Below are positions 19,586-29,255 of a stretch of 64,000 bases of DNA, one piece after another. A program made the translations under genes and the position numbers. This DNA is from Bacteroidota bacterium. Lineage in GTDB: Bacteria > Bacteroidota > Bacteroidia > Chitinophagales > Chitinophagaceae. The stretch lies in assembly GCA_023386555.1 (NCBI GenBank), contig JAEWJK010000013.1:108193-172192 (forward strand), read 5' to 3'. Position 1 is the first letter of the stretch; each line of letters starts with the position of its first letter. The notes beneath the pieces were generated by a model. The model ran no database searches and was not told the origin of the DNA. It saw only the letters and a list, made by a program, of their open reading frames with translations.

Positions 19586-19884
19586 TCTTTTCAATTACTT
19601 TTCATCCTGATGTTTTAAAAGATTATGAAGAAGCTTATAGCTGGTATGAAGACAAGTTAGAAGGATTAGGAGAAAAATTCATTGCAGCGGTTAGAAATAA
19701 GTTAGAAAACATAGCTAAAAGGCCTTCAGTTTATAGCACAAAGTCTAATATAAATTACAGAGAAGCTAAAGTGTCAGGATTTCCTTTTATAATAGTCTAC
19801 AAAATATATAAAGATAAAAACGAAATTTTTGTAAGTTCAGTTCATCATGCAAAGAAGCATCCAAACAAAAAATATAGAAAATAG
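19582..19884 (+). CDS. RelE/ParE-family type II toxin
   Basis: 100 aa. F.P.V.KDYEEAYSWYE....GLGEKF...V...L..I...P..Y........R.A.V..FPF.I.Y.I..D..EI.V..V.H is the ParE-like pattern. Confidence 0.75.
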   Translation: MIFSITFHPDVLKDYEEAYSWYEDKLEGLGEKFIAAVRNKLENIAKRPSVYSTKSNINYREAKVSGFPFIIVYKIYKDKNEIFVSSVHHAKKHPNKKYRK

Positions 19885-19903
19885 TTTTCATTAAATAGTT
19901 AAT

Positions 19904-20401
19904 ATGATGGACTCATTATCAAAAGACTCTTTATCCAAAATCAGAATACTTGGAATTTATCAGATTGTCGGTGGTGTGATAGGCTTAGGAGTAACTATTG
20001 TTGGTGCTATCCAATCCGAACATTTATCTACTTTATGGTTTATTTTTTTAATCGGAATATTGCTTTTTGGTTATTCTATATACTGTGGTAATCTCTTGCT
20101 AGAGAAAAAAATAAACGGGTTAAAGTACTCATTAATTCATCAATGTTTGCAATTAGTTCATTTTTTCTTTTTCAGCTTTGGATTTGCATACGCTTCGGGT
20201 TTGACTTTGTCTATTGGGCTAAACATAAATGACTATAATTTGCTCTTTAATTTTACCTTATCAACCTTGGCAATTAATATTGACACCACTACAACCGATA
20301 CTTTCCTTAGCCTAAATCTAATTCCCCTTTTTATTATTCTTTTTATCGGAAAGATAAAAGAAGAAATAAGTAAAGCTGATAAGACAGTTGAGGCTTTGTA
20401 G
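19904..20401 (+). CDS. Hypothetical membrane protein (about 4 TM)
   Basis: 165 aa, hydrophobic, AT-rich. No motif recognised. Confidence 0.45.
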   Translation: MMDSLSKDSLSKIRILGIYQIVGGVIGLGVTIVGAIQSEHLSTLWFIFLIGILLFGYSIYCGNLLLEKKINGLKYSLIHQCLQLVHFFFFSFGFAYASGLTLSIGLNINDYNLLFNFTLSTLAINIDTTTTDTFLSLNLIPLFIILFIGKIKEEISKADKTVEAL

Positions 20402-20417
20402 TTGATGAAAGAGCCTC

Positions 20418-20448
20418 CAGTACAAGAGTGCGACGCAACGAAAGTTCC
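20418..20448 (-). repeat. Dispersed intergenic repeat, copy 6 (type B)
   Basis: cagtacaagagtgcgacgcaacgaaagttcc; reverse complement is ggaactttcgttgcgtcgcactcttgtactg. Confidence 0.8.
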
Positions 20449-20607
20449 AACAAAATGATCCAGTTGGCTTCCAAATAATCCTTCCTCCAGCCGCTAACTT
20501 ATTTTAGCAAACCCACTTATTGATAATTCACTACTTTCACATTTGTTATCTGAGCAAAACAGAACCTGAAGCATTGATTTTGAGGAGTTAGCAAAACGAT
20601 TATTCTA

Positions 20608-21600
20608 ATGAAAGCAATTATTCCTGTGGCAGGAGCTGGTACCAAGCTCAGGCCTCATACCTATACACAACCTAAGGCATTAATTCCGATTGCTGGTAAA
20701 ACGATCTTAAGTTTTATCGTGGATCAATTAAGAGATGCCGGCATAAATGAATTTATTTTTATTGTAGGTTATCTTGGCGAAAAGATCCAGGATTACGTTA
20801 AGCAAACCTATCCTGATCTTACCACTCATTTTGTTTATCAAAATGAAAGACAAGGTACCGGTCATGCTGTTGAACTAACAAAGAATATTGTTGGTGATGA
20901 TGAAGTTTTCGTTGCACTGGGTGATACCATTTGTGAGTATGATGTAAAAGCAGTTGTTGAAAGTCCATATAGTATGCTTGGCATTAAGAAAGTTGATGAT
21001 CCAAGAAGTTTTGGTGTGGCGGAATTAGGTGATGAAGGTGAGATTGAACATGTGGTTGAAAAGCCTGCGATTCCTAAAAGTAACATGGCTCTTGTTGGAT
21101 TATACAAGATAAAAGAAACACATTTTCTTTTTGAATGTCTCCACCACATATTTGAACAGGAGATAAAAAGTTATGGCGAATATAACTTAACCGATGCTTT
21201 GGAATGTATGATAAGCCGTGGTGCTGAATTCAGATCTTTCAAAGTAAAGAACTGGTTCGACTGTGGCAAAAGAGAAACACTGCTTACTACTAATGCACTT
21301 CTTTTAAAGAAGAATGGTGGCAACATTACAGATGGCCATGATTTCAAAGATACCATCATCATTCCTCCTGTAAGTATTGCTCCTGGTTGTAATATCAGCA
21401 ATTCTATTATTGGTCCGCATGTAACGATTGGTGCTGATACGGTAGTGCAACATTCCATTATTCGAGACAGTATCATTGGGTCGTATACTAACTTGTACGA
21501 AGTGGTATTAGATAATTCACTCATCGGTAGCGATGCATCTGTAAGAGGCCTCAGCCGAAGCCTGAATATTGGTGATAACACAGAGATAGATTTCGGATAA
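20608..21600 (+). CDS. Sugar-phosphate nucleotidyltransferase with C-terminal left-handed beta-helix
   Basis: 330 aa. MKAIIPVAGAGTKLRP.T...PKALIPIAGK NTP_transferase signature. C-terminal hexapeptide-like repeats (I.IGP.V.IG....V..S.I..S.IG). Confidence 0.8.
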   Translation: MKAIIPVAGAGTKLRPHTYTQPKALIPIAGKTILSFIVDQLRDAGINEFIFIVGYLGEKIQDYVKQTYPDLTTHFVYQNERQGTGHAVELTKNIVGDDEVFVALGDTICEYDVKAVVESPYSMLGIKKVDDPRSFGVAELGDEGEIEHVVEKPAIPKSNMALVGLYKIKETHFLFECLHHIFEQEIKSYGEYNLTDALECMISRGAEFRSFKVKNWFDCGKRETLLTTNALLLKKNGGNITDGHDFKDTIIIPPVSIAPGCNISNSIIGPHVTIGADTVVQHSIIRDSIIGSYTNLYEVVLDNSLIGSDASVRGLSRSLNIGDNTEIDFG

Positions 21601-21659
21601 TCCTCCTCAGAAAAATTCTGGTTAAGTTCTTGATGAACATCCTTATCAAGAATAAAATC

Positions 21660-22466
21660 ATGAATACAATCAATCCTTCCAAATGGTATGAAACTGCAGC
21701 AAGATTTGGATTGTCGGCCAAAGGTGTTGTGTATTGCCTCAGCGGATTAATCGCAGTAATGGCAGCACTACATTTTGGTGGAAACTCAGTTAAAGATGCA
21801 GGAAAAGGTGGCGTTTTTGGTTTCATAGAAGATCAGCCTTTTGGTAAATGGTTGTTGTTGGTTGTTGCCATCGGTCTTGTATGTTATACGATCTGGAGAT
21901 GGATACAGGCTTTCAAAGACACAGAACATAAAGGTTCAGACAAGAAAGGTTTCTCAAAAAGGTTTACCTATTTTTTTAGTGGACTTGTATATGCAAGCCT
22001 GGCTGTATATGCGATGAAAATTGTGCTTGGTAATTCATCCAATAGTGGTGGTGATAAACAACAAGACTGGGCAGCTAAATTATTAGATCAACCTTTTGGT
22101 CAGTGGTTGGTTGGCATTGTTGCAGTAATAATGATCGGCACAGGATTGTATCAATTGTATCGGGCATTTTCTGGTAAGTATAAGAAGTATGTAAAAGAAG
22201 CTTTGCACCATGATACCGCAGGATGGGTATCAAAAGTTGGGGTTGCAGGATATACTGCAAGAGGAATTGTTTGGTTGATACTTGGCTGGATGTTCATTAA
22301 AGCTGCCTTTCATGCAAATGCAAAAGAGGCTGGCGGAAGTGATGAAGCTTTAGGATGGCTGCAACAGTCCTCTTATGGAACAATTTTACTTGCAGCTGTA
22401 GCTATAGGATTGATATGTTATGGTGTATTTATGTTCTTAAGAGCAAAATACCAGGAATTCAAATGA
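21660..22466 (+). CDS. DUF1206 domain membrane protein
   Basis: ORF 21630..22466; start moved to the ATG at 21660. Three repeats of a two-TM unit (RFGLSAKGVVYCLSGLIA...; FSGLVYASLAVYA...; GYTARGIVWLILGW...). Confidence 0.7.
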   Translation: MNTINPSKWYETAARFGLSAKGVVYCLSGLIAVMAALHFGGNSVKDAGKGGVFGFIEDQPFGKWLLLVVAIGLVCYTIWRWIQAFKDTEHKGSDKKGFSKRFTYFFSGLVYASLAVYAMKIVLGNSSNSGGDKQQDWAAKLLDQPFGQWLVGIVAVIMIGTGLYQLYRAFSGKYKKYVKEALHHDTAGWVSKVGVAGYTARGIVWLILGWMFIKAAFHANAKEAGGSDEALGWLQQSSYGTILLAAVAIGLICYGVFMFLRAKYQEFK

Positions 22467-25037
22467 TTATTCTTTAATCGGCAGAATAATATGAAAGGCA
22501 GCACCTTCATTTTCTTTTGCTTCGGCAAAGATTAATCCTTTATGATTTTCAACTATTTTCTTACATAAAGCCAATCCAATTCCTGTTCCTTCATAATCGT
22601 CTTTGCCATGTAAACGTTGGAAGATCTCAAATATTTGCTCAGCAAATTTTGGATTGAAGCCAATGCCATTGTCAGTTATAGTAATTTCTGAATAGGCTTT
22701 GTTTGACTGTAACTTCTCATAAGGCAAAATTTCATCAGTAGTTAATATTCTTGAAGTTATACTAATCTTTGGTGGTATATTTTCCTTTGTAAACTTTAAT
22801 GCATTCCCAATTAGATTATAAAAAAGTTGATTCATTTGCAATGGTATTGCTGGTATAATGGGTAATGCAGAAACCTTAATAACAGCTTTCTTTTGCTCGA
22901 TAAGAATTTCGTAATCTTCCAGAACATTTGCAATTACTGTATCAAGATGTACTTTTTCAAATGAACGATTACCACCTTCCACTTTTGAATAATCAAGCAG
23001 ATCTTTAATAAGATTGGTCATTCTATTGGCTGATCTCCTAATCTTAGCAAGATAGTTTTCTGAATCACTGTCGAGAAAACTGGCAGCTTTGTTTTTTAGG
23101 ATGTCAGAGAACAGGTTGATCTTTCGTAATGGTTCCTGCAGATCATGACTTGCTACATATACAAACTGTTTCAGATTTTCGTTTAATGTATTCAATTCAT
23201 TATTGGCATGCTGTAACTCGACAGTTCTTAATTCTACTTGTTTCGCTAATTCTTTTTCTGTTTCCTTTTGGAAAGTGATGTCTTTGCAAATGCCGTTTAG
23301 CCAAACAGGGTTACCACTTTCGTCCGTAACTACTCTGCCTTTTGCATGAAGAAATTTTTCTTTTTTTGTGAACGGGTTGATCACTTTGTATTCTGCTTCA
23401 TATATTCCTTTTGTATCTATGGCTTGCTGAACTGCAATGGATACTTCTTGCTGGTGTTTTTCATTTATTCTGCTAATAACTTCTTCCAGTGGTACAACTT
23501 CTTTAGTTAATCCGAACCAATCGGCAATACGTTCAGAATACGTTACAGTATTACTTTGTAAGTTGATCTGCCACGTTCCAAGTTCTGATATTGTTATTGC
23601 TGATTTTAAGGTTTCATCAGTTGCCAGTAATTGTTGTTTGGCTGTAACTAATTCTGTTACTTCTGCAGCAGTATTCATTACACCGTAAATCTCATCAAAC
23701 TCATTTTTCAATGGTGTATAGCTAAAATTCCAGTATGTAGCTGCAATCTTTCCATTTCTTGATAGATAGACAAGTTCTTCGATTGCTTCGTAAGGCATGC
23801 CTGTTGTATAAACATCATCAAGAATATCATAGAAAGGTTGACCTTCTAATTCAGGCAAAGCTTCACGAAACGTTTTACCAACTACAGACCTGTCTTTTTC
23901 CCACGCTTTTAAAATGGCATCGTTTGCAGTTTGAATTCTCATTTCTCTGCCAACATAAATTCCTATCGGCATAGGTGAATTCAATACGAAACTTTTAAAA
24001 CGTTTTTCATTTTCTTCAGCTCTTTTTCTTTCGGTAACCAGTTCTGTTACATCAACAGCATGTACAAATATTCCTTCTGTAATATTTTCTTCATTTTTTA
24101 TTGGATGATAAATAAAATTGAAATATGATGTTTCTAGTTTGCTCGCATTTGTTTTATGAAGTTGAATAGGTACCTCATTTCCATAAAAAGGCTGGCTTGT
24201 TTTATATACTTCATCTAGAATTTGAATAAAGCCTTGTTCAACTACTTCCGGTAAAGCCTTGCTAACAGGCTTACCTAAAATATTTCTGTCCGGACCTACT
24301 GCTTTCATGTAAATAGCGTTAGCTAATTCAAAAACATGATCTGGTCCTTTTAAAACTGCCACCATTGCAGGTATGTTCATTAACAGCCTGTAAAACTGTT
24401 TAGATTCCTCTTTTGTTTTTTGATGAAACTTTTTTTCATTCTCGAGCAATATCAATCTTTCTTCTCTTGCCCTGGTTAATTCAATAGCTATAATGGTTGT
24501 ATTAGTGATCAGTTTAATTATTCTAAGATCATGTGCAGAAGGTTTTTTCGGATGCTGATAATACATGGCAAAAGTGCCAAGCACATTACCCGATTTGTTG
24601 ATTAATGGAGATGACCAGCATGCCTTTAATCCGTATTTACCTGCTAAAGCTTTAAAATCTTTCCAGCGATGATCCGTTTCTATATTCTCTGCAATAACTA
24701 ATTCTTTCCTGAAAGCTGCAGTGCCACATGACCCGATATTATCACCAATAGAAACACCATGAATAGCATTATTATAATCTTCAGGCAAAGAGGGTGCAGC
24801 ACCATGTAATAAGTTCTCACCATTATAATTTGTTAGGAGAATAGAAGCTAGTAAACCTTCAGTGCTTTCCTTTTCTGCCCATAAAACGATTGCATTTAAA
24901 GTTTCTTTGAGTTCTGATCCTTGCGAGATCATTTCAAGAATATTACTTTGTCCCTGGATAAGTTCTTCCAGGTATTCAAATTTTTCCGAATACGGGTCGT
25001 GCTTCTTTTGTAGCGGATTGGTTGCAATTGGGTTCAT
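22467..25037 (-). CDS. Multi-sensor histidine kinase (GAF, several PAS, HisKA, HATPase_c)
   Basis: 856 aa. H-box FVYVASHDLQEPLRKI, N-box NLIGNALKF, G-boxes DNGIGF and GTGIGLALCKKIV. There is an N-terminal GAF-like region and repeated PAS-like blocks. No receiver domain and no adjacent response regulator. Confidence 0.9.
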   Translation of the reverse strand: MNPIATNPLQKKHDPYSEKFEYLEELIQGQSNILEMISQGSELKETLNAIVLWAEKESTEGLLASILLTNYNGENLLHGAAPSLPEDYNNAIHGVSIGDNIGSCGTAAFRKELVIAENIETDHRWKDFKALAGKYGLKACWSSPLINKSGNVLGTFAMYYQHPKKPSAHDLRIIKLITNTTIIAIELTRAREERLILLENEKKFHQKTKEESKQFYRLLMNIPAMVAVLKGPDHVFELANAIYMKAVGPDRNILGKPVSKALPEVVEQGFIQILDEVYKTSQPFYGNEVPIQLHKTNASKLETSYFNFIYHPIKNEENITEGIFVHAVDVTELVTERKRAEENEKRFKSFVLNSPMPIGIYVGREMRIQTANDAILKAWEKDRSVVGKTFREALPELEGQPFYDILDDVYTTGMPYEAIEELVYLSRNGKIAATYWNFSYTPLKNEFDEIYGVMNTAAEVTELVTAKQQLLATDETLKSAITISELGTWQINLQSNTVTYSERIADWFGLTKEVVPLEEVISRINEKHQQEVSIAVQQAIDTKGIYEAEYKVINPFTKKEKFLHAKGRVVTDESGNPVWLNGICKDITFQKETEKELAKQVELRTVELQHANNELNTLNENLKQFVYVASHDLQEPLRKINLFSDILKNKAASFLDSDSENYLAKIRRSANRMTNLIKDLLDYSKVEGGNRSFEKVHLDTVIANVLEDYEILIEQKKAVIKVSALPIIPAIPLQMNQLFYNLIGNALKFTKENIPPKISITSRILTTDEILPYEKLQSNKAYSEITITDNGIGFNPKFAEQIFEIFQRLHGKDDYEGTGIGLALCKKIVENHKGLIFAEAKENEGAAFHIILPIKE

Positions 25038-25198
25038 TAGCTAATTTGTAAGAGAGAAAATGAAGCTGCAAAAATGCATCCAGTTTATTTACATTGAGTT
25101 AAATGCAATTTGAATGGTTACTGCTATATAGTGGGGATTTATTTACACATTTTTATCAAGCAAAATAAGAGCGTATCTTAGGCCTACAAAATGCTGAT

Positions 25199-26227
25199 AT
25201 GCGATACCCTTTACTGATTGCTTTCCTGATAATTAGTAATCAATTGTTTGCTGTTAGTAAAGATTCAATTTTATACTACAGTCTTCCGGATAGTGTTAAA
25301 GCAGTTTCCCTAATTGCAGATATCAATATATCATCTGTAAACACGAAAAAAGAAGTATATGCAGGCATTAAAACCTTTGATGTAAGCCTGGCTCTGGAAG
25401 TTGATGGAAAAGAAAAGGAAGTTGAATTTTACTTTCCTTCAACAGCATCTGTTATTGCAACAGGAATTAATGTAGATAAAGAAAAGAACAAACTGGAATG
25501 GGAATACGATTGGAAGTTTAATACGACCTATAAATTGTTGATTGCTTCTGCTGCAGACTCTGCTGGAAATTTCGTGTTGTATTCCGGTTATATACTATTG
25601 CCTGAAGAAAATAAGTGGAAACTTATCGGTACTTGTAAAGTTTTAGGGCAATGGTCTTCAATTAAAAATCCTGCATCTTTTTTTTCGAATGATAAGAAGG
25701 AGAGCATTCCTCATAGTTTAAACAATGTTTGGGTACAACGTTCAGCTGGATCGTGGAAAAGAATTGATGATGCTAATGAGCAGGTAAGACCATCTATAAA
25801 TCCAATGCCTAATGTTGACAGCGTTCAGCAATACCAGTTAGAAAAAGGCTATTTACAAAAACAAATTGCATCAGGTAAAATGGATGCAGTAAATGAAAAA
25901 GAGGGAATCTTTTATAAGATTATTGACGCAGGAAATAGTAAAGATGTTTCAGTTACAGATACTGTTACTGTACGTTATCAATTACGTCTTTACGGGTCAA
26001 CAGAGATCATTGATCAGGCTACAGATAAGCCGGCAACATTTCCGTTAAATCGTTTGATCAAGGCCTGGCAAATTGCTATTCCAATGGTTAAAACAGGAGG
26101 GAAGCTAAAGATTGTTATTCCATCTGGGTTTGCTTATTCTATAAGAACGAGAGCACCTAAGATTCCACCAAATAGCATTTTAGAATTTGATATTGAAGTA
26201 CTGGAAACAAAAAGTGTTGGAAAGTAA
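25199..26227 (+). CDS. FKBP-type peptidyl-prolyl isomerase with a ~220-aa N-terminal domain of unknown type
   Basis: 342 aa with a signal peptide. The C-terminal FKBP domain reads VTVRYQLRLYG...FPLNRLIKAWQIAIPMVKTGGKLKIVIPSGFAYS....IPPNSILEFDIEVLE. Confidence 0.8.
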   Translation: MRYPLLIAFLIISNQLFAVSKDSILYYSLPDSVKAVSLIADINISSVNTKKEVYAGIKTFDVSLALEVDGKEKEVEFYFPSTASVIATGINVDKEKNKLEWEYDWKFNTTYKLLIASAADSAGNFVLYSGYILLPEENKWKLIGTCKVLGQWSSIKNPASFFSNDKKESIPHSLNNVWVQRSAGSWKRIDDANEQVRPSINPMPNVDSVQQYQLEKGYLQKQIASGKMDAVNEKEGIFYKIIDAGNSKDVSVTDTVTVRYQLRLYGSTEIIDQATDKPATFPLNRLIKAWQIAIPMVKTGGKLKIVIPSGFAYSIRTRAPKIPPNSILEFDIEVLETKSVGK

Positions 26228-26322
26228 TGTTACCTTATAATCAGCTTAATAAATCAGCTTTAGCCAGGTAATCTACTGTTGATTTATTGGAATAAATTAT
26301 TTTGCGTGGCATCTTTTAGTTC

Positions 26323-27111
26323 ATGCAACGAGCTCCCAATATTATCAGAAGCCTTCTATTGATTTGTATCTGCATTATTGCTTTAAGCGCTGCTTACAGC
26401 AAGATGTTGCAGGTAAAAGGTAGTGTCTCAGCAGCGAACAATGAGCTTTCAGAAGAGATCACATTTAAGAAACTTATAGTAAAAAAAGCTGTTGAGGAAT
26501 ATGATCGCTGGCATGTGAATGGTACCTTACGAGAAACACATACAGATGCAATTTCAATTTTAAAAGAATACTGGAAATTGGGTGTTATAACTGTGACTGA
26601 ACAGAATCTGAAGAACAGTTCATGGCAATATCGTCATCCATGGAGTGCAGTTTTTGTCTCTCATGTAATGTTGCAGGCCGGAGCCAGAGACAATTTTCCT
26701 TATTCAAACAATCATGCGAAATATATTGTTTGGGCAAGAGATAATGCTTTGTCTGAACAAGACCCCATTTTTGCTGCCTATGATATTCATGATGAGAAAT
26801 CGAGATGGCCGGAAGCCGGTGATCTTATTTGTATGAACAGACGTGGCAATCAGTTTACAATGAAGAGCATTAACTCTACATGTATATCTCATTGTGATAT
26901 TATTGTTGAAGTAAATAAAGAGAAGGGTTTTATTATTACGATCGGCGGTAACGTTGGACAAACAGTGAACAGACGTATTGTCTGGCTTACTAAAGATGGT
27001 TTAATTGATGTTACAAGAAATTGGCAGGTGATGGATGCTGAGGAGAAAAATCCTGAAGGGTCACAAAAAGAAATATTCGGTGTAATTAAAGTCAACAGTC
27101 AATACAAATAA
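26323..27111 (+). CDS. DUF2272-like secreted protein
   Basis: 262 aa. The pattern WSAVFVSHVM...AGDLICMNR...SHCDIIVEV...ITIGGNVGQTVNRR resembles DUF2272. Assignment is from memory. Confidence 0.5.
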   Translation: MQRAPNIIRSLLLICICIIALSAAYSKMLQVKGSVSAANNELSEEITFKKLIVKKAVEEYDRWHVNGTLRETHTDAISILKEYWKLGVITVTEQNLKNSSWQYRHPWSAVFVSHVMLQAGARDNFPYSNNHAKYIVWARDNALSEQDPIFAAYDIHDEKSRWPEAGDLICMNRRGNQFTMKSINSTCISHCDIIVEVNKEKGFIITIGGNVGQTVNRRIVWLTKDGLIDVTRNWQVMDAEEKNPEGSQKEIFGVIKVNSQYK

Positions 27112-27555
27112 TTACAGGCACCCATCTTTTCTTCTGGTATCAATAATGTATTGAATCTTCCAACTGCCCTTCAATCTAACCAGTTGAAATGAATTCACAC
27201 CACAATGACTAATTTTTCCAATGTAATAAAAAGTGTAAGGTGTCCACACAGAAGCCAGATCTGCATCAATATGAATTGCCTCGAAACGAATACGTTCATC
27301 TGCTATATTTTTTTTCAAGCCATTTACCATCGTGGCAAATTTTGCTAATTGATCTGTTTTTATACTAACTCCATTCTTTGTATCGATAGTTTGAAGAATG
27401 GCACTGTCTGCAAAACATTCAGCAAACATTTTTCCATCAGCCTGCAACATAGCAGTGAACATTTTGTTTACAACAGATTTTATCGAATCTTCAGTAGTTT
27501 GTGCATTCGAAGAAAACGATATAGCCAATAACAATACAAGGAGTATTTTTTTCAT
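27112..27555 (-). CDS. NTF2-like (SnoaL/DUF4440-type) secreted protein
   Basis: 147 aa with a signal peptide. Size and pattern (VVNKMFTAM...D...F...FADSA...W.P.......H.G.N.F.L.....WKI) fit the NTF2-like fold. Confidence 0.5.
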   Translation of the reverse strand: MKKILLVLLLAISFSSNAQTTEDSIKSVVNKMFTAMLQADGKMFAECFADSAILQTIDTKNGVSIKTDQLAKFATMVNGLKKNIADERIRFEAIHIDADLASVWTPYTFYYIGKISHCGVNSFQLVRLKGSWKIQYIIDTRRKDGCL

Positions 27556-27603
27556 TTCAGCAAGATATAAAAATGGATGTTAGCTGATGTACCGTTTATA
27601 TAA

Positions 27604-28479
27604 CTAAGCTACATCTTCACCGGTAGAGGCAATGTAAAGTGAAAACCAATCTTCTCTGCTGAGCGAAATATCTTTTGCTTCTTTTGCCTGGATCAATCTT
27701 TCTATTTTTGTTGTTCCAAGTACAGGAACAATTCCTGAAGGATGTTTTAATAGATATGCGATCAGAATTTGATTGATACCTGTATTATATTTTTCAGCTA
27801 ATAACGCAGCTGAAGATATGATAGCCCGATATCTGGGATGGCTATCATCACTCATAATTCCTCCACCTAAAGGTGCCCAGGCCATTGGTACAATGTTATG
27901 TAAAAGGCAATGATCTAATATTCCGTTTGTGAAAGGAAGGTGATTTAAGATGGATATTTCTATTTGATTGTAGTCAACCGAGATGTATTTTCTTAGCAGA
28001 TCAATGTGCTGCGTTTGAAAATTTGATACACCAAACTGTAAAATTTTTCCTTGTCTTTTTAAAAGATCAATTGCATCAGCAACTTCAATAGGATTCATTA
28101 ACGGATCAGGGCGATGAATCAATAAAACATCAATATAATCAGTACCAAGTGCTCTCAAAGAATATTCAACCGAAGCAATAATATGATCTCTTGATGTGTT
28201 ATATGATTTTATAAGATGCTCATGCCTGGGATTTGTTTTAAGCTGAATACCACACTTAGTAATTAGTTGAATTTGATTTCGGAGAGATGAACGATTTTTT
28301 ATTACTGATCCAAATTCTTCCTCTGTGCTGTAGTCTCCATAAATATCTGCATGATCAAAAGAGGTAATCCCATTCTCCAAACATTGATCGATGAGTTGCT
28401 CATATTCATCTGGGGTAAAATTAGCTCCCCATTTGCCCCATCTCATACAGCCAGCTACCGGTACGGATAAGTTGATCAT
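27604..28479 (-). CDS. Aldo/keto reductase
   Basis: 291 aa. GITSFDHADIYG, YIDVLLIHRPDPL and FGVSNF motifs. Confidence 0.9.
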   Translation of the reverse strand: MINLSVPVAGCMRWGKWGANFTPDEYEQLIDQCLENGITSFDHADIYGDYSTEEEFGSVIKNRSSLRNQIQLITKCGIQLKTNPRHEHLIKSYNTSRDHIIASVEYSLRALGTDYIDVLLIHRPDPLMNPIEVADAIDLLKRQGKILQFGVSNFQTQHIDLLRKYISVDYNQIEISILNHLPFTNGILDHCLLHNIVPMAWAPLGGGIMSDDSHPRYRAIISSAALLAEKYNTGINQILIAYLLKHPSGIVPVLGTTKIERLIQAKEAKDISLSREDWFSLYIASTGEDVA

Positions 28480-28484
28480 TGGCT

Positions 28485-28518
28485 AAAAATAAAAAAGTCC
28501 CGCTAATTCAGCGAGACT
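28485..28518 (-). terminator. Rho-independent terminator of the RRM gene
   Basis: Stem gtcccgct / agcgagac with one mismatch. The A-run on the plus strand gives a U-run after the hairpin on the minus strand. Confidence 0.65.
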
Positions 28519-28544
28519 TCCATTTCTTTCCTGGTAAACGTGAA

Positions 28545-28940
28545 TTAATCGCGGTTGTATCCACCACCGCCACCACCACGATTGTAGCCTCCGCCACCTC
28601 CGCCACGGTTGTAGCCTCCGCCACCTCCGCCACGATTGTAACCTCCGCCACCGAAGCTTTTCTTCTTGAATCCACCACCTCCACCTTGTCCTTCAGGACG
28701 TGGAGCTGACTCGTTCACAACCAGTTTTCTGTCCATTACTTCTGTTTCGTTCAATGCAGCAATTGCAGTTCTTGCAGCTTCGTCATCATTCATTTCAACA
28801 AAACCGAAGCCTTTGCTACGATTATTATTGAATTTGTCGGTAACGATCTTTGCAGATGCAACCTCTCCATAAGGTGCAAACATGTTGTAAAGGTCATCAC
28901 TGGTCATACTCCAGTTCAGGTTTCCAACGTAAATGTTCAT
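28545..28940 (-). CDS. RRM-type RNA-binding protein with Gly-rich GGGGGGYNR repeat tail
   Basis: 131 aa. RNP-2 NIYVGNL, RNP-1 KGFGFVEM, and a C-terminal (G4-6 YNR) x4. Confidence 0.92.
   Translation of the reverse strand: MNIYVGNLNWSMTSDDLYNMFAPYGEVASAKIVTDKFNNNRSKGFGFVEMNDDEAARTAIAALNETEVMDRKLVVNESAPRPEGQGGGGGFKKKSFGGGGYNRGGGGGGYNRGGGGGGYNRGGGGGGYNRD
28551..28652 (-). repeat. In-frame 27-bp tandem repeat (3.8 units) encoding GGGGGGYNR
   Basis: Units at 28551-77, 28578-604 and 28605-31, plus a partial unit at 28632-52. Units 2 and 3 are nearly identical at the DNA level. Confidence 0.85.
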
Positions 28941-29231
28941 TTCTTAAAAATGTTAAGTGAAATAATAAACCATGGCAAAACAGACCAGCCAAAAAACCCA
29001 TTTACGAAAGAAACGATCAATGAGAAATGGAAGAACTGTAACCTTGGACTTACCGAAGATAACAAATTAATTGTCTGTCAGGAATTTTTTTTCATTGATG
29101 TTTCTGCTGTAAATCAAGCATATAAAGCTTCCCAGCCAACACTTGATTAATTTTCTCCAAGGCCCTTCTGTTGTTATACTCTTATAATAGTAATTTAACG
29201 ACTGTAATCTCTTCTGTTCAGATTACCAATG

Positions 29232-29239
29232 TAAGTTTG
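29232..29239 (+). promoter_or_regulatory. Candidate -7 box (TAAGTTTG)
   Basis: Exact TAnnTTTG, 17 nt before the ATG at 29256. No clear -33 element. Confidence 0.3.
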
Positions 29240-29255
29240 CTGTAGAAATATACCC

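Noticed and set aside
28950-29150. 66-aa ORF in the spacer between the RRM gene and the EEP gene
   Set aside because: It has no motif and lies in what is more plausibly the long 5' leader or promoter region of the divergent RRM gene. It is AT-rich with odd composition.
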